Source: Octopus bimaculoides (taxonomy: Eukaryota). From it: DNA of 64,000 bases. The DNA is taken from contig NC_068998.1 in the NCBI RefSeq assembly GCF_001194135.2, positions 43,056,876 to 43,120,875 on the forward strand, read 5' to 3'. The notes under the pieces were generated by a model. It was not told the DNA's origin. It saw only the letters and a list, made by a program, of their open reading frames with translations, and did no database searches. Numbering within the stretch: position 1 is the stretch's first letter; the number at the start of each line of letters is the position of its first letter. Shown here one piece after another: positions 62,570 to 64,000 of this stretch. Position numbers and translations under genes: made by a program.

Positions 62570-62830
62570 TCTATATTACATTTGTTTCAGTCACTAGACA
62601 GCGTCCATGCTGAAGCACCACCTTTAAGGATTTTAGTGAAATTAATCAACACCAGTACATTTTTTTTATTGTTTTCTTTTTTTATTTTTAAGTGTAGTAC
62701 TTATTCTGTTGGTTCTCTTTTGCCAAACTGCAAAGTTATGGGAATGTAAACTCACCAACACTGGTTGTTGAGTGGTGTGTGTATGTGTGTGGTGGGGACA
62801 AACTCTCACAAACACACACACACATATATG
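62570..62830 (-). mobile_element. SINE family A, 3' half (diverged)
   Basis: TTTGTTTCAGTCACTAGAC..GTACTTATTCTGTTGG..GGGGACAAAC. Confidence 0.7.
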
Positions 62831-63018
62831 TATATAGATACATATATAATGACACACATGGTTTTCTGGGACTGTTCTTTTCTTTCTTCCTCGACCTTCC
62901 AACTTCTCTCTTTTCGATGAAGAGCCCATGCTTGAAATGTCACAGCCTCTCTTTTTTTTCCATCTTGAATCAGCCTAATACATTCACTTAGTTGTTTTTG
63001 TTTTTGTAATTTTGAAGG

Positions 63019-63054
<36 letters not shown>

Positions 63055-63056
<2 letters not shown>

Positions 63057-63445
63057 TCATCATCATCGTCATCATTTAAAATCTGTTTTCCATGTTGGCA
63101 TGGGTTGGATGGTCTGACTGAAAACTAGTAGGCTGAGGAGCTACACCGGGTTCCAATCTGATTTGATGCAGTTTCTATAGCTGGATGCCCTTCCTTGCGC
63201 CAACCACTCCAAGAGTGTAGTGGGTGCTTTTTATGTGCCACTAGCATGGGTGTCAGTTATATAACACCAGCATCAGCCATGACTATGATCTCATTTGGCT
63301 TGACAGGTCATGCCAAGTAAGGTATATCACCAAAGGTCTCGGTCACCTGTCACTGCCTCTGTGATACCCAACTTTTGAATGGTGCTTTTTACATGCCATC
63401 GGCACAGATGCCAGTTATGCAACACTGGCACCAGCCACGACTACG
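63055..63445 (-). mobile_element. RTE-type 3' tail
   Basis: (CAT)n TTTAAAATCTGTTTTCCATG..TAGCTGGATGCCCTTCC..GGGTGCTTTTTATGTGCCAC. Confidence 0.75.
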
Positions 63446-63461
63446 AGTTCACTTGTATATA

Positions 63462-63670
63462 CTCTTTTACTTGTTTCAGCCCTTTGACTGCGGTCATGCT
63501 GCAGCACCGCCTTAAGTCGAGCAAATCGACCCCAGGATTTATTCTTTGTAAATATTTATTCTAAGGGTCGCTTTTTGCGAACTGCTAATTTATGGGGATG
63601 TAAAACACCACTGTCGGTTGTCAAGCGATGTTGGGGGAACAAACACAGACACACAAACATATACACACAC

Positions 63671-63715
<45 letters not shown>

Positions 63716-63874
63716 GTTTCGTTAAGTTTCCAACTGCCAAATCCACTCACAAGGCTTTGGTTGGTCCAAGGATATAGTAGAAGACACTTGCCTAAGGTGC
63801 CACACAGAGGGAATGAACCCGGAACCATGTGGTTGGTAAGCAAGCTACTTACCACACAGCCACTCCTGTGCCTG

Positions 63875-63875
<1 letters not shown>
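63462..63875 (-). mobile_element. SINE family A, full length
   Basis: Reverse complement of the consensus ending CACACAGCCACTCCTG. Confidence 0.9.
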
Positions 63876-63909
<34 letters not shown>

Positions 63910-63910
<1 letters not shown>

Positions 63911-64000
63911 ATGGGCTTCTTTCAGTTTTGACAAATCCACTCACAAGTGTTTGGTTGACCTGAGGCGATAGTAGAAAACACTTGCTTAAGGTGCCACACA
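63910..64000 (-). mobile_element. SINE family A fragment running off the window end
   Basis: GGGCTTCTTTCAGTTT..AAGGTGCCACACA. Confidence 0.8.

Noticed and set aside
1-64000. Most ORF-track entries ([12 protein letters not shown], poly-H/D/I/M, X-runs)
   Set aside because: They are translations of microsatellites and N-gaps, open in several frames at once, with no domain content.

Overview
AT-rich, gap-ridden eukaryotic DNA dominated by microsatellites and interspersed repeats. The repeat landscape looks like an octopus genome (inference from recall; no database search was possible). I found no supportable host protein-coding exon. Nearly all ORF-track entries come from simple repeats or N-gaps, so the window is probably intronic or intergenic. 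It holds three high-copy tRNA-type SINE families (my labels A, B, C), decayed RTE, CR1/L2, L1/Tx1, RLE-type and Penelope-like retroelement fragments, and mariner, hAT and piggyBac-type DNA transposon remnants. The main unexplained signal, found by folding every CTGANGA on both strands by hand, is about ten type I hammerhead ribozyme (HHR) motifs from up to seven apparently unrelated families. Core and helices are intact at 55979-56025(+), 61116-61167(-) and 45597-45640(+); 12475-12510(-) has an intact core with a dimer-type stem III. One HHR family sits in a ~330-nt head-to-tail tandem repeat, a candidate non-LTR retrozyme (45165-45860, third copy at 48120-48400). Another is fused behind a tRNA-derived Pol III head, giving a ribozyme-bearing SINE-like element (26552-26800, second copy at 14494-14807). 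All folds are manual and untested. SINE boundaries are approximate to within tens of bases.
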